A DNA stretch of 64,000 nt. Source: an uncultured Bacteroidota bacterium. GTDB taxonomy: Bacteria; Bacteroidota; Bacteroidia; 2-12-FULL-35-15. A program made the translations under genes and the position numbers. Numbering within the stretch: position 1 is the first letter of the stretch; each line of letters opens with the position of its first letter. Below the pieces are notes generated by a model. It ran no database searches and was not told the DNA's origin. It saw only the letters and a list, made by a program, of their open reading frames with translations. The DNA lies in assembly GCA_903919535.1 (NCBI GenBank), contig CAIXIP010000008.1:952-64951 (forward strand), in the 5' to 3' direction. Shown one piece after another: positions 18,661-29,155 of this stretch.

Positions 18661-19944
18661 ATGAAAGTAAATTATCAGTTAGCCGAAGAGGCTGTAAAAG
18701 AAGTTAAAAGCGGGAATCGTGTTTTTGTTCATGGAAGTGCAGCAACTCCATTACATCTTCTTAAAGCCCTTTTTAAAAGGAAATATGAATTAAGTAATGT
18801 TGAATTGGTTTGTATCAGCACACTTGGTGATGCAGGTTTTGACCAAAAAGATTTCGGAAAAAGTTTTTTTATAAATTCTCTTTTCGTTTCAGAAAATATT
18901 CGTGAAATCGTGAACAGCGAAAATGGAGATTACGTCCCAGTATTTTTGAGCGAAATACATCAATTGTTTGATAAAAGAATTTTAGACCTAGATGTTGCTA
19001 TCATTCATGTTTCACCACCCGACATTCATGGCTACTGCTCATTGGGAACATCTATAGATATTGCCCGTTCGGCAGTGAGAAATGCTAAATATATTATTGC
19101 ACAAGTGAACAAACAAATGCCGCGAACTCTTGGTGATGGTATGGTGCATATAAGTAATATCAATGCAATGGTTGAGGTGGATGAAGCAATTCCTGAAGTT
19201 AGTTATCAATCAAAAATAAATGAAAATGCATTAACAATTGGTAAATACTGTGCAGAATTAATTGAAGACCGTTCGTCTTTGCAAATGGGAATTGGTGCAA
19301 TACCCGATGCCGTTCTATCTTGCTTGCATACTCACAAAGACTTAGGTATTCATACCGAAATGTTTTCGGATGGTGTTATTCCTCTTGTAGAAAAAGGTGT
19401 TATAACGAATAAGTATAAAACAAAACACAGAGGGAAAATTGCCACAGGTTTTATTATTGGCACTCGTAAATTGTATGATTTTGTTAACGATAATCCTTTT
19501 GTAATATTTTTGGAATCATCTTACGTTAATGACACAAAAGTGATTCGAACAAACTCCAGGTCTGTGGCGATAAATTCAGCGTTGGAAATTGATATCACCG
19601 GACAAATTTGTGCTGATTCTATTGGTTCTTATCAGTATTCAGGTGTTGGTGGGCAAATGGATTTCATGCGCGGAGCTGCACTGTCTGATGGAGGAAAGCC
19701 AATTATAGCAATGAGTTCAGTTACTAATAAAGGCGAATCAAAAATAGTCCCTTTTCTGAAAATGGGAGCTGGTATTGTTACAACTAGAGCTCACGTACAT
19801 TACGTTGTTACCGAATTTGGTGTAGCTTATTTATTTGGAAAAAATTTAAAACAACGAGCTGATGCGTTGGTAAAAATTGCTCATCCTGCCCATCGCGAAG
19901 AGTTGGAAAAAGCTATATTCCTTAGGTTTGGAAAAGAAAAGTAA
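18661..19944 (+). CDS. Acetyl-CoA hydrolase/transferase family (4-hydroxybutyrate/succinyl-CoA:acetate CoA-transferase-like)
   Basis: 427 aa. VFVHGSAATP and GIGAIPDAV are family motifs. Confidence 0.8.
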   Translation: MKVNYQLAEEAVKEVKSGNRVFVHGSAATPLHLLKALFKRKYELSNVELVCISTLGDAGFDQKDFGKSFFINSLFVSENIREIVNSENGDYVPVFLSEIHQLFDKRILDLDVAIIHVSPPDIHGYCSLGTSIDIARSAVRNAKYIIAQVNKQMPRTLGDGMVHISNINAMVEVDEAIPEVSYQSKINENALTIGKYCAELIEDRSSLQMGIGAIPDAVLSCLHTHKDLGIHTEMFSDGVIPLVEKGVITNKYKTKHRGKIATGFIIGTRKLYDFVNDNPFVIFLESSYVNDTKVIRTNSRSVAINSALEIDITGQICADSIGSYQYSGVGGQMDFMRGAALSDGGKPIIAMSSVTNKGESKIVPFLKMGAGIVTTRAHVHYVVTEFGVAYLFGKNLKQRADALVKIAHPAHREELEKAIFLRFGKEK

Positions 19945-19959
19945 ATAATTAAAAAGGTA

Positions 19960-20739
19960 CTAAACTTCGACCATATTTGTTAACGCAACAAAATCAGCTA
20001 CAGATAATTCTTCGGCACGTTGAGTAAGATATTTATGATCTAAAAATTCAGGTTTTAATTTAAATGCTTTTATCGAATTGCGTAATGTTTTTCTACGCTG
20101 ATTGAATCCTGCTTTTACAACTTGTTTAAAAAGCTTTTCATTACAATCCAATTGTTGAACATCATTTCGTGTTAAACGAATAACTGCTGATTTTACTCGT
20201 GGAGGTGGATCAAATACAGTTTCATTTACAGTAAATAAATATTCTATGTTGTAAAATGCTTGTAGTAAAACACTTGTAATTCCATATGTTTTATTTCGCG
20301 GTTTAGATGCAATACGCTCTGCAACTTCCTTTTGAAACATTCCTACAACTTCAGGGACTTGATTTTTATGATCTAGTACTTTAAATAATATTTCTGTTGA
20401 AATGTTATAAGGGAAATTTCCAATAACTGCGAATGGCTCGTTATTATATAAATTATTAAAATCGAGTTTTAAAAAATCACCTTCAATGATCCTGTTTTCA
20501 AGTATTGGATAATGTTTTTTTAGATAAGCAATGGAATCCCAATCAATATCAATTATGTGAGTTTCATATGAAGGTTCGGTAATTAAATATTTTGTAAGAA
20601 CACCCATTCCAGGTCCTACTTCTAATACTTTTTTGTAAAGTGAAGTGTGTTTCAGACTTTTAACAATTTCCTGAGCAATGTTTTCGTCTTTCAAAAAATG
20701 CTGTCCTAAATGTTTTTTTGCTCTTACTTCGTTGCTCAT
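19960..20739 (-). CDS. rsmA: 16S rRNA (adenine1518/1519-N6)-dimethyltransferase
   Basis: LGQHFL motif. SAM-binding VLEVGPGMGVLT. 259 aa. Confidence 0.9.
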   Translation of the reverse strand: MSNEVRAKKHLGQHFLKDENIAQEIVKSLKHTSLYKKVLEVGPGMGVLTKYLITEPSYETHIIDIDWDSIAYLKKHYPILENRIIEGDFLKLDFNNLYNNEPFAVIGNFPYNISTEILFKVLDHKNQVPEVVGMFQKEVAERIASKPRNKTYGITSVLLQAFYNIEYLFTVNETVFDPPPRVKSAVIRLTRNDVQQLDCNEKLFKQVVKAGFNQRRKTLRNSIKAFKLKPEFLDHKYLTQRAEELSVADFVALTNMVEV

Positions 20740-20770
20740 TACTTTGTTCGTTTATTTGTTCAATTAATTT

Positions 20771-21070
20771 CTATACAATTTCAAGTAATGTTCTGAAGGC
20801 AACAAATTTATTTGCAAATTTATTTGCATGTTCTTTTTGTAAACGAGGAGAATGTAAGCGTTGGTATTCTTTCAAATCGTCCATGCTAGCAGCTGTATAT
20901 TGAATAGAATAGGTAATGCCTTGCTCTTCATCTACAAGCACTTTGCAAATTTTATTTTCGATAAAAAAGCCAGTTGCCATTACATCTGGAATGTGAGTTT
21001 CTTTCATCCATTGGAGCCATTCTTCATGTACATCAATTTCGATGTTTACTGTAACGTTGTATATTATCAT
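20771..21070 (-). CDS. Small conserved hypothetical (DUF4286-like)
   Basis: 99 aa, no signal peptide. Family assignment from memory only. Confidence 0.35.
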   Translation of the reverse strand: MIIYNVTVNIEIDVHEEWLQWMKETHIPDVMATGFFIENKICKVLVDEEQGITYSIQYTAASMDDLKEYQRLHSPRLQKEHANKFANKFVAFRTLLEIV

Positions 21071-21096
21071 TTCAAAAAATATTTTTAAATTTTAAA

Positions 21097-22953
21097 TTAA
21101 TTAATAGTGTCCCCTCTTAGTCTGCGAAATCTTTTTCGAGCTTCAACAACATATAAACTTCCTGGATATTTTTCTAATAATTGCTGATATAATTCTTTCG
21201 CTTTATCTAAATTTTTAAATTGATTTTCATTCAGATCTGCCAATTTGAAAAGTGCGTCATCCCCTAAAATGTCATCTCCATAATTTTTAATAATGTTTTC
21301 ATAAAATGCAGCTGCTTCATTGTATTTGCTATGTTTCAATTCGATTTGAGCTTTTTTATAAAGTATTTCATCTGCAAGGGCGTGCTTAGGATAAAGGGTG
21401 TTTATTGAATCCATTGTTAATTTGGCTTGCTCGTCTTTGTTCTGAAATGCCAAAAGATCAGCACGTGCATATAAAAGTAGCGGTGCTTCATTTGTATCAA
21501 TAGCAAGTGCATCGCTTATCAATAAGGATAAGTCCAATGCATCATTCGCAATTAATTTGGCTGTTGCACCTTTCAGCACATTAAGTTGTGCTTCTGCCCA
21601 TTTAAAATCACCGGTGTAATATGATATTTTTGCAACCCTAAATTTTGCTTCTTGCCCTATTTCATCATGTTTAAATGTTTTTTCAACTTGTGAGTATCGC
21701 AAGGATGCTTCCCAAATATCACCTGTCATTAATAAAATATCGGCCAATTCTAATTTGCATTCAGCTTGCAAATGAACCTCTAGTTGCGGCATAGCAATAG
21801 TTTCTTCAAGTAATACAATTGCATCAGTTGTTTTGTTAAGATAAAAAGCCTGCAAGTGTGCTAAGTTTTTTAATAGGGGAACAGTGCTTGCCGATTTACC
21901 CAATTCACTTATTGTGGTATTATAATTTTTTTCAAGTTCAGTTAGATCAGTTGAAGTATAATTTCCTTTTGAAACAACTTTTTGATAATACACATTCAGT
22001 AATTCAATTCGGGCATTGGTGTAGTAATAAACATTAGGACCTTTTGCTATGATGTATTGGTACGCTTTTATTGCCACATCATATGCCTCATTTTGTGCAA
22101 ACATATTTGCTAATCCCATCATGCGATTACCTTCTTCTTTTTTTCTTTTGTCCAGCGCTTTACCTTGAACGAATGCTCCTTCCCAATCTTTCTGTTGAAT
22201 CTGCATCCAAATCAAAAGTTCCGATAGTATTGTTTTGTCAGGGCTTTTGGCAATACGTTTTAATAATTCGGTTTTTAATAATTCGTTTTGTTTTGGGTCG
22301 GCATCGTTTCCAAAACTTGTTTGTAATGCATTTTGAACGCTTTGTAAATAGGAATCATTTATTTCTAGTGCATCCAATAATTCACTGATCATTCCCATTT
22401 TATCGCCTTTTGTACTATATACATTGGCTAGCTCAAAACTATAAGGATAATTATTTCGAGAAATCTTTCTTCCTTTCAAATATGCAGAAATGGCATAATC
22501 TGGTTGTTGAATTGCAAGGAACGCATTTGCAACTTCAAATACTTGCTCATCTTGTTTTATTGATTTTACAGCTTGTTCCCAAGCATTTTTTGCTTTGTCT
22601 GGTTCTTCGCTTCTCGTGTAAACAGTTCCTAAGTCAACAATGAAATTTAAACTTTCAGGATTTTGCTTGATCTGTTTTTTAGTGATTTTTTCTGCTTTCT
22701 TAAAATCTTTTGTTTCAAGCAAACAATTTAAATAAGGCGTATAAAATACTTGAGGAGATTTTTTATTGTATAATTTTTCATAATAGTCCAAAGCTTTATC
22801 AAATTCTTTGTTTTGATAAAACTGTTGCGCTAGTTGCTCATCGGTGCCGGGTTGAGCAATGATGTTGTTATGTATTAATACAAAACCAAAAAGTAACAAT
22901 ATGTATCTAAGGTAATTCAAATCATGTTTGACTCTAAAATTTATATCCCACAA
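21097..22953 (-). CDS. Secreted TPR-repeat protein
   Basis: Signal peptide. Repeated 34-aa W/LG/Y/A/F/A/P TPR patterns over ~600 aa. Confidence 0.7.
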   Translation of the reverse strand: MWDINFRVKHDLNYLRYILLLFGFVLIHNNIIAQPGTDEQLAQQFYQNKEFDKALDYYEKLYNKKSPQVFYTPYLNCLLETKDFKKAEKITKKQIKQNPESLNFIVDLGTVYTRSEEPDKAKNAWEQAVKSIKQDEQVFEVANAFLAIQQPDYAISAYLKGRKISRNNYPYSFELANVYSTKGDKMGMISELLDALEINDSYLQSVQNALQTSFGNDADPKQNELLKTELLKRIAKSPDKTILSELLIWMQIQQKDWEGAFVQGKALDKRKKEEGNRMMGLANMFAQNEAYDVAIKAYQYIIAKGPNVYYYTNARIELLNVYYQKVVSKGNYTSTDLTELEKNYNTTISELGKSASTVPLLKNLAHLQAFYLNKTTDAIVLLEETIAMPQLEVHLQAECKLELADILLMTGDIWEASLRYSQVEKTFKHDEIGQEAKFRVAKISYYTGDFKWAEAQLNVLKGATAKLIANDALDLSLLISDALAIDTNEAPLLLYARADLLAFQNKDEQAKLTMDSINTLYPKHALADEILYKKAQIELKHSKYNEAAAFYENIIKNYGDDILGDDALFKLADLNENQFKNLDKAKELYQQLLEKYPGSLYVVEARKRFRRLRGDTIN

Positions 22954-23239
22954 TTTCCAACACTACAGCTTTTGCTTCAATGTCTAAACCGTTGCGTAAA
23001 GTTAATAAACTTCCTTGTTTTAAATGTTGACCAAATCCATGGGGTGCAAAAAGCACTGCATTTAGCACCGCACTTTCTCCTGGTTCAATTGGTTTTTTGT
23101 ATAACTCAATTTGGCATTCGGTGCAATAGCTTTTTGATCCTTTGCAGTAAGCCTGTGGTCGGTAAATACCCATCAATTCGTACTTGCTTAGGTTTTCAAC
23201 AAGCAATTTTACAATGAGATATTTTTTGAGATAGACCAT
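22934..23239 (-). CDS. Hypothetical protein (possible DUF1573-like beta-sandwich)
   Basis: 101 aa with a CxxC..PGE..G pattern. Weak. Confidence 0.3.
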   Translation of the reverse strand: MVYLKKYLIVKLLVENLSKYELMGIYRPQAYCKGSKSYCTECQIELYKKPIEPGESAVLNAVLFAPHGFGQHLKQGSLLTLRNGLDIEAKAVVLEIVGYKF

Positions 23240-23314
23240 TTTTACAGTGATTAGTTAACTGGAAATTGAAAGCAGAAAAAACAAGATTTGCCTATTAAAA
23301 TTCCCTGATAACTA

Positions 23315-24664
23315 TTAACTTTTGGCTATTTCTTTCAAAATTTCTTTCTCTACTTCTTCGCTATTCCATTTTTGCTCAATATCTGGAAACTTAGTCATTA
23401 TATCTTGCATGATCTGCTCTTGTTTCTGACCTACTCGCCACGCTTCCGAATATCTAATATTACTGAATGTCACTTGACTATATAAGGGCATCCATTTGTC
23501 TGGATGTTTTTCTGAAAAGTGAGCTTCTATTTTCTTTTGCAATAAAAATTTTGGATCAGCAACATAATCTCTCATCACCAAATAATTGTGTAATGATAGA
23601 TCTTGAACACCGTCTCCATCGGGTTTACGAAGAATCTGGTATTCTTCAAACACTTTAGGCCAATCTTCATTATGCTTTTGCATCAATTGCCACATTACGG
23701 TGCAATCTTCAAAACCGCAATTCATGCCTTGTCCGTAAAATGGAACGGTTGCGTGCGCAGCATCGCCCATCAAAGCTGTTTTCCCATATGTCCAGGGATA
23801 ACAGCGGACAATCGCCAATGATGATAATGGATGATTACCCCATTTATCAGCAATGTCTGGCATCATTTTGTAAAAATCAGGAAATGTTGTTTTGAAAAAA
23901 TTGCTGATATCTTCGGATGTTTTTAATGTTTCGAAAGATTTTTCACCTTTCATTGGCATAAATAAAGTACAGGTAAATGAACCGTCTTCATTGGGTAATG
24001 CAATCAGCATAAATCTACCACGTGGCCAAATATGCAATGCGTTTTTTTCTATCGGATAACTACCATCTGCATTTGCAGGAAGTAAAATTTCACGATAACC
24101 ATCATCAATAAATCGCTGGCTGTAATCAAATCGCTCAAGCTTCTGCATGGCGTTGTAACGAACAGCAGAAAATGCCCCATCAGCCGCAAATACAACATCA
24201 GCCTTGTATTCTTTTTTTATACCTGTTTCGGTGTTTTCTGTATAAACAATTCCATTTACTAGATCTACATCACTACATTTTTCGTTATAGAAAATAGTTG
24301 CTTTCCCAACCTCTTCAGCAATGCTCATCATCTTTGCATTGAGTCCTCCACGCGAAACAGAAAAAATAGCTTGCCCTTCTTTACCATAAGGTTGATAAGA
24401 TAAATTACCTTGAAGGTCATGCATCATTCGCCCGGTCATGGGGATAGCCATTTTTCTGATCTCATCACCAATTCCAACGGTATCAAGTGCTTTCCAGCCT
24501 CTGTCGGATGTTGCTAAATTAATTGATTTTCCGGCAGAAATTTCTGCTTTTCGAATATCAGGTCTACGTTCCACAATAGTGACTTTATAACCAGCCTTTG
24601 ATAGATATACTGCCCATAATGAACCTACTAATCCTGCTCCAACTATTGTTGCTGTTTTGCTCAT
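23315..24664 (-). CDS. kmo: Kynurenine 3-monooxygenase (FAD-dependent)
   Basis: N-terminal GAGLVGS FAD motif, with DG and GD(A)AH motifs. ~450 aa. Adjacent to kynureninase. Confidence 0.8.
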   Translation of the reverse strand: MSKTATIVGAGLVGSLWAVYLSKAGYKVTIVERRPDIRKAEISAGKSINLATSDRGWKALDTVGIGDEIRKMAIPMTGRMMHDLQGNLSYQPYGKEGQAIFSVSRGGLNAKMMSIAEEVGKATIFYNEKCSDVDLVNGIVYTENTETGIKKEYKADVVFAADGAFSAVRYNAMQKLERFDYSQRFIDDGYREILLPANADGSYPIEKNALHIWPRGRFMLIALPNEDGSFTCTLFMPMKGEKSFETLKTSEDISNFFKTTFPDFYKMMPDIADKWGNHPLSSLAIVRCYPWTYGKTALMGDAAHATVPFYGQGMNCGFEDCTVMWQLMQKHNEDWPKVFEEYQILRKPDGDGVQDLSLHNYLVMRDYVADPKFLLQKKIEAHFSEKHPDKWMPLYSQVTFSNIRYSEAWRVGQKQEQIMQDIMTKFPDIEQKWNSEEVEKEILKEIAKS

Positions 24665-24692
24665 GTTTTTTCTTTCTATTAAAATCAATATT

Positions 24693-25961
24693 TTATAAAG
24701 CGTTTTTTAAAATTTCACCAAAACGAAACACATCCTCAAATGAATTATATAATGGAGTTGGTGCACAACGTATCACATTTGGTTCACGCCAATCAGCAAT
24801 TACGCCTGCTTCCATTAATTTATTGAATAAGTCTTTTCCTCTGCCATGAGCGATTATTGATAACTGACAACCTCTTTGTTTTTTATCTCTTGGAGTGATA
24901 ATTTCTAATTTTTGCTCAAGCGATTTATTTATATCATCAATAATAAATTCTAAATAGCCTGTTAATATTTCTGTTTTCTCATTCAATTTATCCATTCCAA
25001 CTTCATCAAAAATATCGACAGCTGCTTTGTGCGCTGCCATCGATAATACGTTGGCATTACTCGTTTGCCAAGCTTCTGTAGTAGCCATTGGAACAAACCC
25101 TTTTTCCATTTTGAAACGAGTTTTTTTATCATGGCCCCACCAACCTGCAAATCGTGGAATAGAAGGGTTGTTTAAATGACGTTCATTAATATATATTCCT
25201 GAAACTCCTCCAGGGCCTGAGTTTAAATATTTATAGCTGCACCAACAAGCAAAATCAACATCCCAATCATGTAAATGTAATTTTAAGTTTCCAGCAGCAT
25301 GAGCAAGGTCAAAACCAACGGTTGCGCCAATTTTATGCCCTGCTTCGGCAATGGCTTTCATATCGAAAACTTGTCCGGTATAATAATTTATACCACCAAA
25401 CAATATCAATGCAATGGAATCTTTATTTGTTTCAATTGCTTTCAAAATATCTTCGTGTCTGATGCAATATTCTCCTTCACGTGGAGCAACTTCAATTATC
25501 GCTTCATCAGGGTCTAATCCATGAAATTTTACTTGTGTTTCCAATGCATATTGATCACTCGGAAATGCTTTTGCTTCACATAAAATTTTGTAACGAGTTT
25601 TTGTAGGACGATAAAAACTTACCATCAACAAATGCAAATTAAGTGTTAATTGATTCATTACTACTACTTCTTCTGGTTTAGCACCAACAATTTTTGAAAT
25701 CGGTTCAGCAAATTGTTCATGGTAATTCATCCAAGGTTTGCGAGCATGAAAATGACCTTCTACACCAAATGTTGCCCAGTCTTCTAATTCATTCAAAATA
25801 TATTCTTGTGTAGTTTTAGGTTGCAGTCCTAAAGAATTTCCTGTGAAATAGACAGTTTCGCGTCCATGCATCATCGGGAAATAAAATTTCTCGCGATATT
25901 TCCTTAACGGATCATTTGCATCCTGTTGTTTTGCAAATTCAAGAGTATTTTGGTAATTCAT
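24693..25961 (-). CDS. kynU: Kynureninase
   Basis: GNSLGLQPK motif. PLP-fold. CWCSYKYLN(S)GPG region. 422 aa. Confidence 0.88.
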   Translation of the reverse strand: MNYQNTLEFAKQQDANDPLRKYREKFYFPMMHGRETVYFTGNSLGLQPKTTQEYILNELEDWATFGVEGHFHARKPWMNYHEQFAEPISKIVGAKPEEVVVMNQLTLNLHLLMVSFYRPTKTRYKILCEAKAFPSDQYALETQVKFHGLDPDEAIIEVAPREGEYCIRHEDILKAIETNKDSIALILFGGINYYTGQVFDMKAIAEAGHKIGATVGFDLAHAAGNLKLHLHDWDVDFACWCSYKYLNSGPGGVSGIYINERHLNNPSIPRFAGWWGHDKKTRFKMEKGFVPMATTEAWQTSNANVLSMAAHKAAVDIFDEVGMDKLNEKTEILTGYLEFIIDDINKSLEQKLEIITPRDKKQRGCQLSIIAHGRGKDLFNKLMEAGVIADWREPNVIRCAPTPLYNSFEDVFRFGEILKNAL

Positions 25962-26040
25962 AAAGTTAATTAATTTAAAGTTTAGCTTCCGTGTGTCCTA
26001 CAGGTTATTTTTTTAATGTCAGACACAATTTGCACAAATT

Positions 26041-26067
26041 TTTGTAACGTTCAAAGATATATATTTG
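26041..26067 (+). promoter_or_regulatory. Bacteroidetes-type promoter (TTTG ... TATATTTG) for hemL
   Basis: TTTG at 26041. TAnnTTTG at 26060-26067, 20 nt before the ATG. Confidence 0.4.
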
Positions 26068-26086
26068 CACTCTAATATTTGAACTT

Positions 26087-27388
26087 ATGAAACGAGAAAA
26101 ATCAGAAGCTTTATTTGAAAAAGCAAAAAAATATTTTCCAGGAGGAGTGAACTCTCCGGTACGTGCATTCCGCTCTGTTGGTGGTACTCCATTATTTATT
26201 GAAAAGGGAAAAGGCTCTCATATCTGGGATGCAGATGGTAACGAATTTATTGATTATTGTGGCTCTTGGGGGCCATTGATACTTGGCCATGCAAACGATA
26301 AGGTAATTGATGCTATTAAAAAAGCAGTAGAAAAAGGAAGCTCATTTGGTGCGCCAACAGCTTTGGAGAATGATTTAGCAGAACTAATATTAAGCAATAA
26401 CAAATACATTCAGAAAATTCGTTTTGTGAGTTCTGGCACAGAGGCTGTGATGAGCGCTATTCGTCTTGCACGAGGTTATACCAAACGAAATAAAATATTA
26501 AAATTTGAAGGGTGTTATCACGGACATAGTGATTCCTTATTGGTAAAGGCAGGTTCAGGATTAGTGACATTCGGAAATACATCTTCAGCTGGTGTTCCGG
26601 AAAGTTTTGTGAATGAAACAATTGTTGTTTCATTGAACAATGAACAAGCTGTTAAGCAAGCGTTTGCCGATTTCAAAGATCAGATTGCATGTGTTATTAT
26701 TGAACCGATTCCAGCAAATAATGGTTTACTTTTACAGCGAAAAGAATATTTGCAATTCCTTCGTGATATCTGCACAGAAAATAAAACATTGTTAATTTTC
26801 GATGAAGTAATAAATGGTTTTCGTATCGGATTTACTGGTGCTTCAGGATATTATAATATTCAACCGGATATCATTACTTATGGAAAAATTATTGGAGGAG
26901 GATTGCCTGTTGGTATGTACGGATCGAGCGCAGAAATAATGAGTCATATTTCTCCTGAAGGAAATGTTTATCAAGCGGGAACCTTAAGTGGAAATCCCGT
27001 TGCAATGGCTGCAGGAATTGCTCAGTTAACAGAGTGCTTGAAACCCAACTTTTATGAAGAATTAGAACGGAAAACGAGATCCTTGATTGCTGAAATTTTC
27101 ACTCAACTAAAACTATCAAAAATTGAATCATCCAATTTTAAAATATTTACAGTAGGATCAATTTTTTATATAGCATTTACTGATAAAGAAGTTCTTAGAA
27201 GTGCAGAGGAAATAGATGCTGATTCTATGAAGTATTTCAGAATATTGCACAAAGAATTATTAGAGCGAGGGATTTATTTAGGACCATCCGGTTATGAAGT
27301 TGGTTTTGTTTGTGAAGCTCATACAGAAGATGATTTGATAAAAACTGCAAAAGCATTTGCGGAATCATTGGAGATTGCCCTAAAATAG
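26087..27388 (+). CDS. hemL: Glutamate-1-semialdehyde 2,1-aminomutase
   Basis: FPGGVNSPVRAF. PLP lysine region DEVINGFR. 433 aa. Confidence 0.95.
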   Translation: MKREKSEALFEKAKKYFPGGVNSPVRAFRSVGGTPLFIEKGKGSHIWDADGNEFIDYCGSWGPLILGHANDKVIDAIKKAVEKGSSFGAPTALENDLAELILSNNKYIQKIRFVSSGTEAVMSAIRLARGYTKRNKILKFEGCYHGHSDSLLVKAGSGLVTFGNTSSAGVPESFVNETIVVSLNNEQAVKQAFADFKDQIACVIIEPIPANNGLLLQRKEYLQFLRDICTENKTLLIFDEVINGFRIGFTGASGYYNIQPDIITYGKIIGGGLPVGMYGSSAEIMSHISPEGNVYQAGTLSGNPVAMAAGIAQLTECLKPNFYEELERKTRSLIAEIFTQLKLSKIESSNFKIFTVGSIFYIAFTDKEVLRSAEEIDADSMKYFRILHKELLERGIYLGPSGYEVGFVCEAHTEDDLIKTAKAFAESLEIALK

Positions 27389-27395
27389 TTTTAAA

Positions 27396-28244
27396 TTAGA
27401 TTTGTTCAGCAAGGAGTAGCAATACTCCTTGCAATATCATTGTCCCATCAATTCCCGCCACATAATAATATTCGCTGCGTTTCGAATTGCTCATAAAAAC
27501 TATTACTGCGTTTATAAAAGCGGAAAGTAGCATCGCAGAAAATATGTTTATTTTAAACATGCCAGAAACAAATTCCAGAATAATCAATAAAATATAAATT
27601 ATCATACAAGCTGTTGCGAACCAGCGAGTCTTATTTTCTCCCATCAAATGCGGAATTGTAGAAACATTATCAGCAGCATCAACTAATAAATCTCTTATGT
27701 CGAATGGAATGCAAATCGCTAGCATAAAACAGAATCTCACTGCAATATGCAGTAAATGCTGTTTTGTAATAACATCAGAAGGTTCTAATAATATTGGAAC
27801 AACTGCTGTTACCATTGTCCAGACAAGAGTAAGTGTTATCAATTTGAACCATGGGCTTTTACGTAATTTTATAGAAGGTAAAAAATAAGCGATTGATAAA
27901 AAAAGTAAAGGAGAAAGATAAAATATAATTTTTAGATTATTAAAAAATAAACTAATACATACACCCAAAAAGCCAATTAACGTAAGTGTTTTGATGGAAA
28001 ATTGGTTGTTGAAAATCCAATTTCTTCTCACGGAATTCAAACTTTTATCTTGTTGCGGTGTGTAAAAAATTCGTTGAAGATTATATACAAAAAGAGTTGA
28101 AAAAAAAACAAGTACAGAATATTCTAATAAATGATTGGTTGCCCCAATTTGGATAAGTGAACTTTGCGTTAAGCATACTGCACCCATTGCAACATATACG
28201 TTACCAAATAGAATTAAATCGGAAAATTGTTTAAGAAATTTCAA
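27396..28244 (-). CDS. Polytopic membrane protein, function unknown (possibly UbiA-like)
   Basis: 282 aa with 8-9 TM segments. FDIRDLLVDAAD weakly resembles a prenyltransferase Asp-rich motif. Confidence 0.4.
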   Translation of the reverse strand: MKFLKQFSDLILFGNVYVAMGAVCLTQSSLIQIGATNHLLEYSVLVFFSTLFVYNLQRIFYTPQQDKSLNSVRRNWIFNNQFSIKTLTLIGFLGVCISLFFNNLKIIFYLSPLLFLSIAYFLPSIKLRKSPWFKLITLTLVWTMVTAVVPILLEPSDVITKQHLLHIAVRFCFMLAICIPFDIRDLLVDAADNVSTIPHLMGENKTRWFATACMIIYILLIILEFVSGMFKINIFSAMLLSAFINAVIVFMSNSKRSEYYYVAGIDGTMILQGVLLLLAEQI

Positions 28245-28316
28245 GGTAATGCTTTACAAAATCTTTATAAATAAGCCCTTCCGATAAATATTTATGCGAA
28301 AGAAAAAAGAAACGAC

Positions 28317-28949
28317 TTAATAAAGCTCAGAATTATTAGCTTTCAAAATAAAATAAGTACCTAATCCAATACCAAGCCCTGAAGCTCCACCGATTAAGGA
28401 TTTTATTTTTCGTTTTTTTCTTGCCACACGTTCATATCCCATTAAATAAGCATCTTGTTTAAGGTATTCAAGATTTGAAACCCCTTTCTTTTTTATTTTT
28501 ATTTTAGGAAGACCAACCAATGCTGCAAATGTAAAAGGCGCAATCGGACTTAATAAACTTCCAGTAACTCCTGCACCTGCTCCAATTAAAAGTCCACTCC
28601 AAAATGCTCCTCGAGCTTTAAAGCTTTTTTGTGCATCTTGTTCACCACGTATAAAATAACGCATTTCATCAATTGTGAATTCATTACCAACAATTGTATC
28701 GTATTGATAAATTAAAAACTCGCCTTTTTTATTGCTGATTGAAAAAATTCGTTCGTTTTCTATTGCAAAAGTTTTGTTCTTATTTTTCGGGTTTTTAAAA
28801 ATGGTTGTGCCATTGGTAGTGTCAATAACTGTTGTTATTACGACCGTTCCATTTAAAAGAAGAATAGTGTCATTACCTGTTTGAGATACTCCGTTTTTTG
28901 AAAAGGAAATTTGAAGTAAAATGAAAAATATCAAAAAAACTTTATTCAT
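28317..28949 (-). CDS. Hypothetical exported/membrane protein
   Basis: Signal peptide. C-terminal Gly-rich TM region. Confidence 0.4.
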   Translation of the reverse strand: MNKVFLIFFILLQISFSKNGVSQTGNDTILLLNGTVVITTVIDTTNGTTIFKNPKNKNKTFAIENERIFSISNKKGEFLIYQYDTIVGNEFTIDEMRYFIRGEQDAQKSFKARGAFWSGLLIGAGAGVTGSLLSPIAPFTFAALVGLPKIKIKKKGVSNLEYLKQDAYLMGYERVARKKRKIKSLIGGASGLGIGLGTYFILKANNSELY

Positions 28950-29155
28950 GTTTTAGGTAATAATTTGTTGTATAGTTCTCGGATTTGTATTGGATCTGAA
29001 TTGATATAAAAAATAAAGTTACTGTTTTATCAGGAGAAGAATTCATTTTTTAAAAAATTATGATAAAAATCATGCTAAAGCGCGCTTATATTTTTGTTAT
29101 TTCTCAATTAGAAAACCTATTTCTATGTTATATTTGCTCTCCAAAAAAAATAAAA

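Noticed and set aside
22071-22643. Plus-strand ORFs of 105 and 77 aa inside the TPR gene, and the 22924-23217 plus-strand ORF
   Set aside because: Antisense to the TPR-protein CDS and to the 22934-23239 gene, with low-complexity products.
28950-29155. Possible glycine riboswitch upstream of gcvP
   Set aside because: No convincing match to the conserved glycine-riboswitch cores. The region is just AT-rich leader. The in-frame N-terminal extension (MIKIML...) is more likely non-coding.
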